Assembly: GCA_041395225.1 (NCBI GenBank)
Contig: JAWLAV010000015.1
Coordinates: 2,892 to 66,891 of the forward strand
Length of the DNA stretch: 64,000 nt
Source of the DNA: Lysobacteraceae bacterium
GTDB lineage: Bacteria; Pseudomonadota; Gammaproteobacteria; Xanthomonadales; Xanthomonadaceae
Direction: 5' to 3'
Both the position numbers and the translations under genes were made by a program. Shown here in pieces: positions 38,226 to 47,132 of this stretch. The notes under the pieces were generated by a model. That model did not search any database, was not told where the DNA came from, and was given only the letters and a program-made list of their open reading frames with translations. Within the stretch, counting starts at the first letter, position 1, and each line of letters starts with the position of its first letter.

Positions 38226-39347
38226 TCAACCGAAGCTGTTGTCCGGCGTGTTGAAGGTATCCGCGTAAGGGTCGTGCTCGGCGGTGCCGCCTTCGGAAAG
38301 GCGGATCTTGAGCGAAAGGCCATCGCGCGAATCGGCTTTGCGCAGGGCTTCTTCCAGCTCGATCTTGCCGTCCTTGTACATGCGGAACAGGGCCTGGTCG
38401 AAGGTCTGCATCCCTTCCTGCAGGGAGCGATCCATCGCTTCCTTGATCTCGTGCACCTGGCCGCGCCGGATCATGTCGCGGATCAGCGGGGTGTTGATGA
38501 GCACTTCCACCGCCGGCAGGCGCTTGCCATCCGTGCCGACCACCAGGCGCTGGCTGATGATGGCCTTCAGGTTCAGCGAGAGGTTCATCAGGATGTTCTT
38601 GTGCGCGGATTCGTGGAAGAAGTTGAGGATGCGCTCAAGGGTTTGATCGGCGTTGTTGGAGTGCAAGGTCGCCATGCACAGGTGGCCGGTTTCGGCGAAG
38701 GCGATGGCCGCTTCCATCGTGGTCTGGTCGAGGATTTCGCCGATCAGGATCACATCCGGCGCTTCGCGCATGGCGTTTTTCAACGCGTTGTGGAAGCCGT
38801 GCGTATCCAGCCCGACTTCGCGCTGGTTGACGATGGATTTCTTGTGGCGGTGCAGGAATTCGATCGGATCTTCGACGGTGAGGATGTGGCCGTTGGTATT
38901 GCTGTTGCGCTGGTCGATCATTGCCGCCAGCGTGGTGGATTTGCCCGAACCCGTGGCACCGACCACCAGCACCAGGCCGCGTTGTTCCATCACGATGTCT
39001 TTCAGGATCGAAGGCAGGCGGAGCTGGTCGATGGTGGGGATGTCGCTCTTGATCGCGCGGATCACCATGCCGATTTCGCCGCGTTGCTTGAACACGTTCA
39101 CGCGGAAACGGCCGGCGTCCTTCACCGCGATGGCCATGTTCAGTTCCAGGTCGCGCTCGAACTGCGGCACCTGGCCTTCATCCATCAGCGAGTAGGCGAT
39201 CTTCTTCACCATGCCCGGCGGCAGGCCGGTGCTGCCCAGGGCGTAGAGCTTGCCCTCCACCTTGATGTTCACCGGCGCGCCCGTGGTCAGGAACATGTCC
39301 GAGGCGTTCTTCTCGGTCATGAGTTTCAGAAAATACCCGATGTCCAT
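38226..39347 (-). CDS. pilU: Type IV pilus retraction-type ATPase PilU (PilT/PilU family)
   Basis: Trimmed to ATG 39347 (MDIGYFLKLMTEKNASDMFLTTGAP...). Walker A GATGSGKST, Asp box TVEDPIEF and His box ATLHSNNA are present, and the tail is PilU-like. Confidence 0.85.
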   Translation of the reverse strand: MDIGYFLKLMTEKNASDMFLTTGAPVNIKVEGKLYALGSTGLPPGMVKKIAYSLMDEGQVPQFERDLELNMAIAVKDAGRFRVNVFKQRGEIGMVIRAIKSDIPTIDQLRLPSILKDIVMEQRGLVLVVGATGSGKSTTLAAMIDQRNSNTNGHILTVEDPIEFLHRHKKSIVNQREVGLDTHGFHNALKNAMREAPDVILIGEILDQTTMEAAIAFAETGHLCMATLHSNNADQTLERILNFFHESAHKNILMNLSLNLKAIISQRLVVGTDGKRLPAVEVLINTPLIRDMIRRGQVHEIKEAMDRSLQEGMQTFDQALFRMYKDGKIELEEALRKADSRDGLSLKIRLSEGGTAEHDPYADTFNTPDNSFG

Positions 39348-39505
39348 GCGATCATCCCTTGGTGTTGCGCCCGCTGGCGTTCTGGTTCCCTGGTGTTCTT
39401 CGAGGGGCGCGGACGTTACGCTGCAACCGGGAATTGCGGGATGGCCCGAGCGATTCCAGAATGCTTCCCTGCCACGTTGAGACGCCCCCTTCGTCCCTGC
39501 ATCAT

Positions 39506-39883
39506 ATGCCAAGCCTCTACTCCAAACTCAAAATCGGTGCATTTTTTGCACTCCTGATGCCGCTTTCCGCGCTGGCTGCAACGCCGCCGCCGGATTATTT
39601 CGGCCCCGCACAAGCCGCGATTTCCCAAGCCCGCGCGCTGGAAGCGGAAGACTACGCGCCGGTGGAACTGGCCCGCGCGGAGCGCAAGCTCGCCGATGCC
39701 AAGGCCGCACTGGCCGCACGCAAGAAGAAGGATGCCGCGCTGCTGGCGCAGCAGGCGGGGCTTGAAGCCCTGGTGGCGCAGGCCCGCGCCCGCGCCGGTG
39801 CCGCACGCGCGCAGGTGAGTCGCAAGACCGAGGAAAACGCACGTTTGCGGTTGGAATTGCTGGGTGAGGAGGGTTCGCGATGA
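39506..39883 (+). CDS. DUF4398-like secreted/lipoprotein
   Basis: Start ATG 39506 inside track ORF 39359..39883. It has a signal peptide, an Ala-rich helical region (AISQARALEAEDYAPVELARAERKLADAK) and an ATGA overlap with the next gene. Confidence 0.55.
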   Translation: MPSLYSKLKIGAFFALLMPLSALAATPPPDYFGPAQAAISQARALEAEDYAPVELARAERKLADAKAALAARKKKDAALLAQQAGLEALVAQARARAGAARAQVSRKTEENARLRLELLGEEGSR

Positions 39884-40833
39884 AGCACTTGATCCTCACC
39901 GTCGTCGCGCTGCTGTTCTGCATGGCAGCCAGCGCCGCACCCAAGCTCGATCCGGACGTGGGGCGGCTGCGCGCGCAGTTGCAGAGCATCGATGCGGATC
40001 CGGCCTATGCGGATCTGGCGGGCGTGGAACGCTTGCAAGCCAGACAGGCCATCGAGGCCTTGGCCGTTGCACGCCGCCGCGACCGCGAACAGGCGCTGTT
40101 CGTGGCCGAACGCCGATTGGACATCGCCCGTTTCGTGGCCGAGGCCGAACACCACCAGCGCCAGTTTGAACAACTGGAACGCGAACACGACAAGATCCTG
40201 CTCGAAGCCAGTCGCCGCGATGCGGAAATGGCGCGGCTGGAAGCGGAAAAACTGCGCCTGCAAAGCCTGGCCCGTGCCGAGGAAGCCGAGCGTGCGCAGG
40301 AAGAGGCCGCCAACGCGATCGCGCTTTCCGAGCTTTCCACCGCCGAAGCCGAACAGGCCAGGAAACTGGCGCAGGCGCAGGCCACCGAGGCTGCATTGGC
40401 GCGCAAGGAAGCAGACCTCGCCTTCGCCGCCGCCGACAGCCTGCGCCAGCAACTGCAAACCCTCACTGCCACCACGGATTCGCGCGGGCAGGTGATGACG
40501 CTTTCCGGCGATGCCTTCGCCAGTGGCCAGGCGAAGCTGCGACCGGAAGCGCGTGCGAATTTGCAGCGCGTGGTGGAGTTCGTCGGCAAGGCACCCGGCA
40601 AGGCCGTGCTGATCGAGGGCCATACGGATAGCCAGGGCAGTGCCAACCTCAACCAGGTATTGAGCCAGCGCCGCGCGGAAGCGGTGCGCGATGCGCTGAT
40701 TCAGGATGGCGTGGAGGGTTCGCGGCTCACCGCCGTGGGCATCGGCAAGGATCGCCCCATCGCCGACAACGCCACCGCCGATGGCCGCGCCCGCAACCGG
40801 CGCGTGGAAATCGTGGTGCTGGAAGGCCGTTGA
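39880..40833 (+). CDS. OmpA-family protein with long coiled-coil N-terminal region
   Basis: The C-terminal OmpA_C pattern is present: IEGHTDSQGSANLNQVLSQRRAEAVRDAL...GIGKDRPIADNATADGRARNRRVEIVV. Confidence 0.85.
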   Translation: MKHLILTVVALLFCMAASAAPKLDPDVGRLRAQLQSIDADPAYADLAGVERLQARQAIEALAVARRRDREQALFVAERRLDIARFVAEAEHHQRQFEQLEREHDKILLEASRRDAEMARLEAEKLRLQSLARAEEAERAQEEAANAIALSELSTAEAEQARKLAQAQATEAALARKEADLAFAAADSLRQQLQTLTATTDSRGQVMTLSGDAFASGQAKLRPEARANLQRVVEFVGKAPGKAVLIEGHTDSQGSANLNQVLSQRRAEAVRDALIQDGVEGSRLTAVGIGKDRPIADNATADGRARNRRVEIVVLEGR

Positions 40834-40885
40834 TGCCGCCGTGGGGATCCGCGCTCGCGGCGATCCAACCCTGGAAACCCAAGCC

Positions 40886-42286
40886 ATGACGAACCTTTCT
40901 GCTTTCGTTGCACCGGGCGATGCGCCCGACGCCATTTCGCTCATTGCGATCCGTACGCAAGCCCTGGACGCCACGCTCGCCACGTTGCCGCCATCGGTAC
41001 AGGCTTGGGCACGCGCCAACGGTTTTACGGCCAAGCCGCACACCGTGCTGACGGTACCGCGCGCCGATGGCCGCATTGCGTTGGCACTGGTGGGCATGGA
41101 AAGCACGGAGGATGCTTTCGCACTGGCGCATCTGCCGTTCGCGCTGCCTGAAGGCAATTACGTGCTCAGCGCCGATGCGGGTGAGCGCGTGTGCCCATCC
41201 TCTGCCGCGCTTGGTTGGGGCTTGGGTGCGTATCGCTTCACGCGCTACTGCGCCGCCTCGCGTGCCCCGGCGCGATTGGCGCTGGACATCGACGCTCTTG
41301 CCGATGCGCGCGCACAACTGGAAGCCACCACGCTGGTGCGCGAACTGGTCAACACGCCCACGCAGGACATGGGGCCGGAGCAACTGGAAGCCACCGTGCG
41401 CGCCTTGGGCGAACGCCACGGTGCCGCAGTGCGTACCATCGTCGGCGATGCCTTGCTGGCCGAAAACCTGCCCGCGATCCATGCCGTGGGCCGCGCCAGC
41501 CATCGCGCGCCGCGCTTGATCGAATTGCGTTGGGGTGATCCTGCGCACCCGGCGCTGTCTCTCGTCGGCAAGGGCGTCTGCTTCGATACCGGCGGGCTGG
41601 ACATGAAGAACTCCGATGGTATGCGCAACATGAAGAAGGACATGGGAGGCGCGGCACACGCCATCGCGCTGGCCGCCCTCGTCATGGCGCGCGGGCTGAA
41701 GGTTCGGCTGCAACTGCTGGTGCCTGCCGTGGAGAATTCCATTGGCCCCGATGCCTACCGCCCCGGCGAAGTGATCGCCACGCGCAAGGGGTTTTCGGTG
41801 GAGATCGACAATACCGATGCCGAAGGCCGCGTCGTGCTGTGCGATGCGCTCGCGCTGGCCGCCGAATCCGACCCGTCCTTGATTCTGGATTTTGCCACGC
41901 TCACCGGCGCGGCCCGTGTCGCACTCGGCCCGGATGTGCCCGCGCTTTTCAGCAACGACGATGTCTTGCGTGCGGAGTTCCTCGATGCGGGCATGAAGGT
42001 GAACGATCCCGTCTGGCCGATGCCGCTGTGGCGGCCTTATCGCCATTACCTCAAGAGCTCGGTCGCCGACTTTGCCAACGCAGGTTCCCGCATGGCTGGC
42101 GCCATCACCGCCGCGCTCTATCTGGAACGCTTCGTCCCCGAAACCACGCCGTGGGTACATCTGGACACCTACGCCTGGAACGACCGCGACCGCCCCGGTC
42201 GCCCTGCCGGTGGCGAAGCCATTTCCCTGCGCGCTGCGTGGGCCGTGCTTTGTGCGCGGTATGGTGTGGCGGGAGCGGGAGAGTGA
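40886..42286 (+). CDS. M17-family leucyl aminopeptidase
   Basis: Start ATG 40886. VGKGVCFDTGGLDMK, NTDAEGRVVLCDAL and DFATLTGA are the M17 catalytic motifs. Confidence 0.85.
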   Translation: MTNLSAFVAPGDAPDAISLIAIRTQALDATLATLPPSVQAWARANGFTAKPHTVLTVPRADGRIALALVGMESTEDAFALAHLPFALPEGNYVLSADAGERVCPSSAALGWGLGAYRFTRYCAASRAPARLALDIDALADARAQLEATTLVRELVNTPTQDMGPEQLEATVRALGERHGAAVRTIVGDALLAENLPAIHAVGRASHRAPRLIELRWGDPAHPALSLVGKGVCFDTGGLDMKNSDGMRNMKKDMGGAAHAIALAALVMARGLKVRLQLLVPAVENSIGPDAYRPGEVIATRKGFSVEIDNTDAEGRVVLCDALALAAESDPSLILDFATLTGAARVALGPDVPALFSNDDVLRAEFLDAGMKVNDPVWPMPLWRPYRHYLKSSVADFANAGSRMAGAITAALYLERFVPETTPWVHLDTYAWNDRDRPGRPAGGEAISLRAAWAVLCARYGVAGAGE

Positions 42287-42388
42287 CGGACATGCGCCGG
42301 ACGCGAAGCATTCGATAAAAGGCAGCGCTCCGCTACTGTTTCAGGTGTTCAAGCGAAACTCCCTTCCTCCCATATCGAGGAGCAAACA

Positions 42389-43045
42389 ATGGCCGAAAAT
42401 TTTGTCCAGATTCCCCATGGGAGCCGCTTTGCTGCCCTCCTTGCCGGACTGGCATTTGCCATCGCGCCGGTGTTCTCCGACACGGTGGATGCTGCTTGCA
42501 TCGACGCCGTCTTCTTCGATCTGGGCGATACCCTGGTGGAATCAGGAACCGGCGGCCTTTTCGTGGCCAAGCCCGGTGCCCAACAGACCGTCGATGAGTT
42601 GCACGCCTTGGGCAAGCAAGTCGGCGTGATCACCAATGTGCCGTCCGGTTGGACACGCGATGACCTTGATGCCGTGATGGCGCAGCCGTCCTTCTTGGAT
42701 CAGTTCGAGGTTCTGGTGCTCTCCTCGCAGGCACCTGCGTCCAAGCCCAATCCGCTGATCTACACCCACGCCCACGGTTTGTTGCCGACGCCCGTGCCGA
42801 TTGGCCAGACTGCCTTCGTCGGTGAATTGCTCTCGGAAATTGCCAACAGCCAGTTCAACCCGACCAGTGGTGCCCGTGCTGCCGGCATGATCGGCATCCA
42901 CCTGTCGAGCGGCGCCCCCAGCCCGCTGGCGGATTACACCGTCGCACCGAACGCGCTGCCCAGCATCGTCGGCCTGGTTGAGAACCTCTGTGCCCCCCTT
43001 TTCGGGGATGGCTTCGAGACGCTTGCCGCCAGCCATGGGCAATGA
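42389..43045 (+). CDS. HAD-superfamily hydrolase with N-terminal signal peptide
   Basis: The DxD motif is FFDLGDTLV and motif II is GVITNV. The hydrophobic N-terminus is AALLAGLAFAIAPVFS. Confidence 0.55.
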   Translation: MAENFVQIPHGSRFAALLAGLAFAIAPVFSDTVDAACIDAVFFDLGDTLVESGTGGLFVAKPGAQQTVDELHALGKQVGVITNVPSGWTRDDLDAVMAQPSFLDQFEVLVLSSQAPASKPNPLIYTHAHGLLPTPVPIGQTAFVGELLSEIANSQFNPTSGARAAGMIGIHLSSGAPSPLADYTVAPNALPSIVGLVENLCAPLFGDGFETLAASHGQ

Positions 43046-43059
43046 AGCCGGGCCGGTTA

Positions 43060-43986
43060 TCAGACGTATCCCGCCAACACGAACAACGCCAGCGCGGCCA
43101 GCCAAACGATGAGGATGCGCCACGCCAGACCCATCGCTTCGGCCAGTGCGGCACGGGAAGGTGAGGCGGCTTCGTCGGCAGGTGCGTCGATGCCGGATTC
43201 AGTCGCTTCGGCGTCGATTTCGGCCTGAATCTGCGCGTGTTCGCGGCGCACGCTGGCTTGTGCGGCAGCGTCGAGGAAGCCGGTGTTGAAGTCATCCCGT
43301 TCGTGTTCGCGGCGGGCGTTGTGCCAGTCGCGCCATGCGCCATACACCGCGTCGAAATTGCCGGCCAGCGCCAGGGCCAACGTCATCACCTGCGCCACCG
43401 GCCATTCCAGAATGGCGAGCAGGCGCGTGAAGGCGCTGGATTGGGCGGTGGGCAGGTGTTCGCGTGCGGCGGCTTCGGTGCCGCGCTGGGCCAGGCGATA
43501 AAGCAGGGCACCGAACGGGCCGAGCAGCAGGAACCAGAACAGTACGCCGAACCAGCGCCGTTTGGCGGCACGGAACACCAGTGCGACGGTGCCGGAAGCA
43601 TCGTCGGGAAGGGGTGTCGCCTCACCTGCCAGTGTGCGCAGTGCGGTCTGGTGCGATTCGTTGTCGGATGCTTCCAGCACCGCTTCCACGTCCACATCCA
43701 GATCGCGCGGGCCCCAGCAGTAGAACAGTACCGCCAGGCCGAACACGAAACCGGGCAAGCCGAAGAACACGTCGGAAAGGCCGTGCTGGATCAGCGCACA
43801 CAGCGCCAAGGGCAGGCCAAGCGATACCAGCATCGCGAATGCGGAAGCGTACCAACCGCCGTCGATGTGTTCGCGCAGCCATTTCAGCCAGCCGGTGAAC
43901 CATCCGAAACGGCGCAGCTGCACCAGCGGCGCGGCGGTGTGGCCCAGGATCAGTGCGAAAACGACGGCGATCAGCGTGGCGGACAT
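43060..43986 (-). CDS. ampE: AmpE-like inner-membrane protein
   Basis: The size, TM layout and the WFGVLFWFLLLGPFGALLYR block resemble AmpE/CobD-like proteins. This is motif-level evidence only. Confidence 0.55.
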   Translation of the reverse strand: MSATLIAVVFALILGHTAAPLVQLRRFGWFTGWLKWLREHIDGGWYASAFAMLVSLGLPLALCALIQHGLSDVFFGLPGFVFGLAVLFYCWGPRDLDVDVEAVLEASDNESHQTALRTLAGEATPLPDDASGTVALVFRAAKRRWFGVLFWFLLLGPFGALLYRLAQRGTEAAAREHLPTAQSSAFTRLLAILEWPVAQVMTLALALAGNFDAVYGAWRDWHNARREHERDDFNTGFLDAAAQASVRREHAQIQAEIDAEATESGIDAPADEAASPSRAALAEAMGLAWRILIVWLAALALFVLAGYV

Positions 43987-44016
43987 GGCGGCTCCTGCGC
44001 AGACATGAGGCCGATT

Positions 44017-44973
44017 CTACGCGGGCCGCGCGGACAATTCGGCGACGATGTGTTCACCCAGATGTTCCACCAGCCAATCGTCCACCAGTTGCCGCGATAC
44101 CGCGATGGGTGGCGGCAGTTTCACCGTGCCGTGGCGAATCGCATCGGCCAGTTCTGCCGGCGTGAACCAACGTGCATCTTCCAGTTCATCGCCGAGTTGA
44201 ATCGACGCATCCGCCGCTTCCGCATCGAAGGCGACCATCAGCGAACCGGGAAACGGCCACGGCTGGCTGGAGTGATAGCGCACACCGCCGACGACCACAC
44301 CGGATTCCTCGGCCACTTCGCGCCTTACCGCATCTTCCAGCGATTCGCCCGGTTCCACGAAACCGGCAAGCGTGGAGTAGCGATTGACCGGCCAACCGGG
44401 CGAACGCCCGAGCAGGGCGCGTTCCCCATCGCGCACCAGCACGATGATGGCCGCATCCGTGCGCGGGAATTGCTGGAAGCCGCATTCGGCATTGCTGCAT
44501 TGCGCGCAGTGCCCGGCGCGCGTCAGCACCGTGGCCGCGCCGCACACGCCGCAGTGGCGGGCGCGGCTTTGCCACAGCAACAGCGCCTTGGCGTAGGCGA
44601 ACAGGGCCGAATCGAACGCACTCCAGTGGCGCGCGGCGGTGCGCAGGTCTATCCAGCCGGGCACCGTGGCTTTCAGCGATTCGGAAAGTACGGAAGCAGG
44701 CAGCGCGAACCATGCGGGTTCACCCGGATTGTGACCAAGGAAACAAGCGGCTTCGTGCAGCAATGGCGGAAGTTGTGCGCTATCGAATGCGAACGGTGCA
44801 TTCGCATCACCTGCCGCGTTGCCTTCGAAATCCACCGCCACCACGCGCGCGTCGTTCCACAGCGCAGCCAAAGTGGCAGGGTTGTTGCGCAAGGCGTCGT
44901 GGCGATCCAGCGACAGCGCGGTGAAGCGGTTGCGGCGGCTTGGGTCGATCACCGTATTAGGGCCTGTTGACAT
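44017..44973 (-). CDS. nudC: NADH pyrophosphatase (Nudix)
   Basis: The zinc ribbon is CGVCG...CAQCSNAEC and the Nudix box is GFVEPGESLEDAVRREVAEESGV, followed by SQPWPFP. ATG 44973 lies inside the inverted repeat of the adjacent element. A GTG at 44952 is the alternative and probably ancestral start. Confidence 0.85.
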   Translation of the reverse strand: MSTGPNTVIDPSRRNRFTALSLDRHDALRNNPATLAALWNDARVVAVDFEGNAAGDANAPFAFDSAQLPPLLHEAACFLGHNPGEPAWFALPASVLSESLKATVPGWIDLRTAARHWSAFDSALFAYAKALLLWQSRARHCGVCGAATVLTRAGHCAQCSNAECGFQQFPRTDAAIIVLVRDGERALLGRSPGWPVNRYSTLAGFVEPGESLEDAVRREVAEESGVVVGGVRYHSSQPWPFPGSLMVAFDAEAADASIQLGDELEDARWFTPAELADAIRHGTVKLPPPIAVSRQLVDDWLVEHLGEHIVAELSARPA

Positions 44974-45222
44974 ATACGAAATGGGTCGCGTTGGAGCTGT
45001 GCGCCCGCAGCGCAAGGAAGAATGAGGAAGTTTATGTCGATAAACGACCGAATGATGACGCAGCGATGTGGGCGCACAGCTCCAACCCTTCGGGCTGCGC
45101 CCAGGCCCGCGCGATGCGGCGTCATCACTCGGTTGCGTATCGACATACGCGCCCTCGTTCTTCCTTGCCTCGCACGGGCCTGGGCGCAGCGCGACCCATT
45201 TCGTATATGTCAACAGGCCCTA
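44958..45222. mobile_element. MITE-like 265-bp palindromic element
   Basis: The termini are perfect 33-nt inverted repeats, TAGGGCCTGTTGACATATACGAAATGGGTCGCG. The two arms are inverted, diverged copies of one ~125-bp unit. TA dinucleotides sit at both ends. It has no coding capacity beyond mirror-image TTG ORFs. Confidence 0.6.
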
Positions 45223-45591
45223 GGCCGAGAACGAGGAGCCGCAGCCGCAGGTGGTCTTGGCGTTCGGGTTGCGAATGGTGAACTGCGCGCCTTGCAGGTT
45301 TTCCGTGTAATCCACTTCCGCACCTTGCAGGTATTGCAGGCTGAGCGGATCCACCAGCAGCGTGACGCCTTCGCGTTCCACCGCGATGTCGTCCGCCTCG
45401 CGGTTCTCGTCGAACTCGAACCCGTACTGGAAGCCCGAACAACCGCCACCGGTGATGTACACGCGCAGCATCAATGCCGCATTGCCTTCCTCGCGCGCCA
45501 GTTCCGCCACCTTGCCCGCAGCAGCGGCAGTGAACAGGATCGGCGCGGGTGGCGGCATGGCGCCGGGCAGGGAAACGATCTGACTTTGCAT
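45220..45591 (-). CDS. erpA: Iron-sulfur cluster insertion protein ErpA
   Basis: This is the true gene at the 3' end of the spurious track ORF 45220..46815. MQSQIVSL...[16 protein letters not shown]...[10 protein letters not shown] is the A-type carrier signature. The ATG is at 45591. Confidence 0.9.
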   Translation of the reverse strand: MQSQIVSLPGAMPPPAPILFTAAAAGKVAELAREEGNAALMLRVYITGGGCSGFQYGFEFDENREADDIAVEREGVTLLVDPLSLQYLQGAEVDYTENLQGAQFTIRNPNAKTTCGCGSSFSA

Positions 45592-45801
45592 GGCGGGAAT
45601 TCTAGGAGAACTGGCTGCCAAGATGCGTCCGAACCGCGCAAGACTCAAGACAATCCGGCGGCTCTCAAGACAGTTGCCCCCGCGAACGCCGGGAAATCGG
45701 GGTTTCAGGAGGGTTGCCAGCGGTCGCAGCACAGCAAGCCGCGCGCTACACCGGTAAAGTGCGAGGCCATCTTCACTTTTCCCTTCGCGCCGTCCGGCAC
45801 C

Positions 45802-47010
45802 ATGAACTCCGAGACCCAATCCTCGCTGCTGACCCAACTGGGATGCCTTGATCCGCGCAGTGCCGCCGATCTGCTGGCCGATCAGCCGGATGCACGGATC
45901 GCCGATTTGCTCAGCCGCCTGCACATCGGCCATGCGGTGGAAGTGCTGGAGGAGTTCGAGCCGGCCCGGCGCGAAACCATCGCCGCTGCGGTGCCGTTCG
46001 GGCGCGAGCCGTTGTGGCTGGTGGGGCATACCTATCCGGAAGGCACGGTCGGGCGATTGATGGAGCGCCCGCCCGCCGTGTTCGCGCCCGGCGCCACGGT
46101 GGACAGCACCATCGCCACGCTGCGTGAAATCATCCGGCAGCGCATGGTGGTGTATGTGTTCGTCACCGAAGCCGATGGCCGCCTCGTGGGCGTGGTTGCA
46201 TTCCGTGAGCTGGTGTTTGCCGATCCGCACGCGCGGCTTGCGGACATCATGCTGGGCGATCCGTTCTTCCTGCGCCCGGAACAGAAATTCGTCGAAGCCA
46301 TGCGCGAGGTGGTGAAGCGGCATTTCCCGATTTACCCGGTCTGCGACGAAGCCGGGCGGCTGATGGGCGTGGTAAAGGGGCAGGCGCTGTTCGAGCAGCA
46401 AGCCTTCGAGATTTCCGCCCAGGCCGGCAGCATGGTGGGCGTGGAAAAGGAAGAGCGCATGGCCACGCCGTGGCAGCGCAGCTTCCGTTTCCGCAACCCG
46501 TGGCTGCTGCTGAACATGCTGATCGCCTTCGGCACCGCCACCGTGGTTGGCATGTTCGACAAGACGATGGAAGCGCTCGTGGTGCTGGCCGCCTTCGTGC
46601 CGGTGATGCTGGGTCAATGCAGCAACCTTGGTGCGCAGGCGCTGGCGGTGACGATCCGTGGCATGACGCTGGGTGAACTGGATACCGCCCTGCGCTGGCG
46701 CGTACTGGCCAAGGAGGCCGGGTTGGGGTTGTTGAATGGCGCGGTGAGCGGGTTGCTTGCCGGGACGGCGCTGTACTTCGCCGCAGGCTCGCAAACCCGG
46801 ATCGCGCCATTGCATCTGGCGCTGGCGATCTTCACGGCGATGTCGCTGAGCTGCATGTTGTCCGGAACCGCCGGTGCGGCAATTCCCATGCTGCTGCGTC
46901 GTTTTGGCCTTGATCCAGCCACCGCCTCGGCGATCTTCCTTTCCGCCGTCACCGACATCAGCAGCACGGCTCTGTTCCTGGGGCTGGTGGCGTGGATGTT
47001 GATGGGTTAG
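45802..47010 (+). CDS. mgtE: Magnesium transporter MgtE
   Basis: Start ATG 45802 inside track ORF 45022..47010. It has an N-domain, tandem CBS domains, and a TM domain with [17 protein letters not shown] and [12 protein letters not shown]. Confidence 0.9.
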   Translation: MNSETQSSLLTQLGCLDPRSAADLLADQPDARIADLLSRLHIGHAVEVLEEFEPARRETIAAAVPFGREPLWLVGHTYPEGTVGRLMERPPAVFAPGATVDSTIATLREIIRQRMVVYVFVTEADGRLVGVVAFRELVFADPHARLADIMLGDPFFLRPEQKFVEAMREVVKRHFPIYPVCDEAGRLMGVVKGQALFEQQAFEISAQAGSMVGVEKEERMATPWQRSFRFRNPWLLLNMLIAFGTATVVGMFDKTMEALVVLAAFVPVMLGQCSNLGAQALAVTIRGMTLGELDTALRWRVLAKEAGLGLLNGAVSGLLAGTALYFAAGSQTRIAPLHLALAIFTAMSLSCMLSGTAGAAIPMLLRRFGLDPATASAIFLSAVTDISSTALFLGLVAWMLMG

Positions 47011-47132
47011 CCCGATGCCCCCGTAGCGCTTGCTGCGCTGCCCTCATTCGCCAGCCAGCTTCGACATCCATCGCGGGCAAACCCGTTCCCACAAAAGCCC
47101 ATGCTCATCGAGTCGTTGAGGCTGGATGGGTT

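Noticed and set aside
44967-45281. Mirror-image ORFs starting MTYTKWVA... on both strands inside the palindromic element (44967..45281 on the plus strand and the N-terminal part of 44017..45213 on the minus strand).
   Set aside because: They exist only because both inverted repeats contain TTGACATATACG..., which is read as a TTG start. Their symmetry is a consequence of the palindrome, not evidence of coding.
45592-45801. A possible M-box (ykoK) magnesium riboswitch upstream of mgtE.
   Set aside because: Only short patches resemble the B. subtilis M-box as I recall it (CTAGGAGAACTGGCTGCC and ACACCGGTAAAGTGCGAGG). The P2 hairpin region is missing, and 210 bp must also hold the divergent erpA promoter. 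I cannot support it without cmsearch against RF00380.
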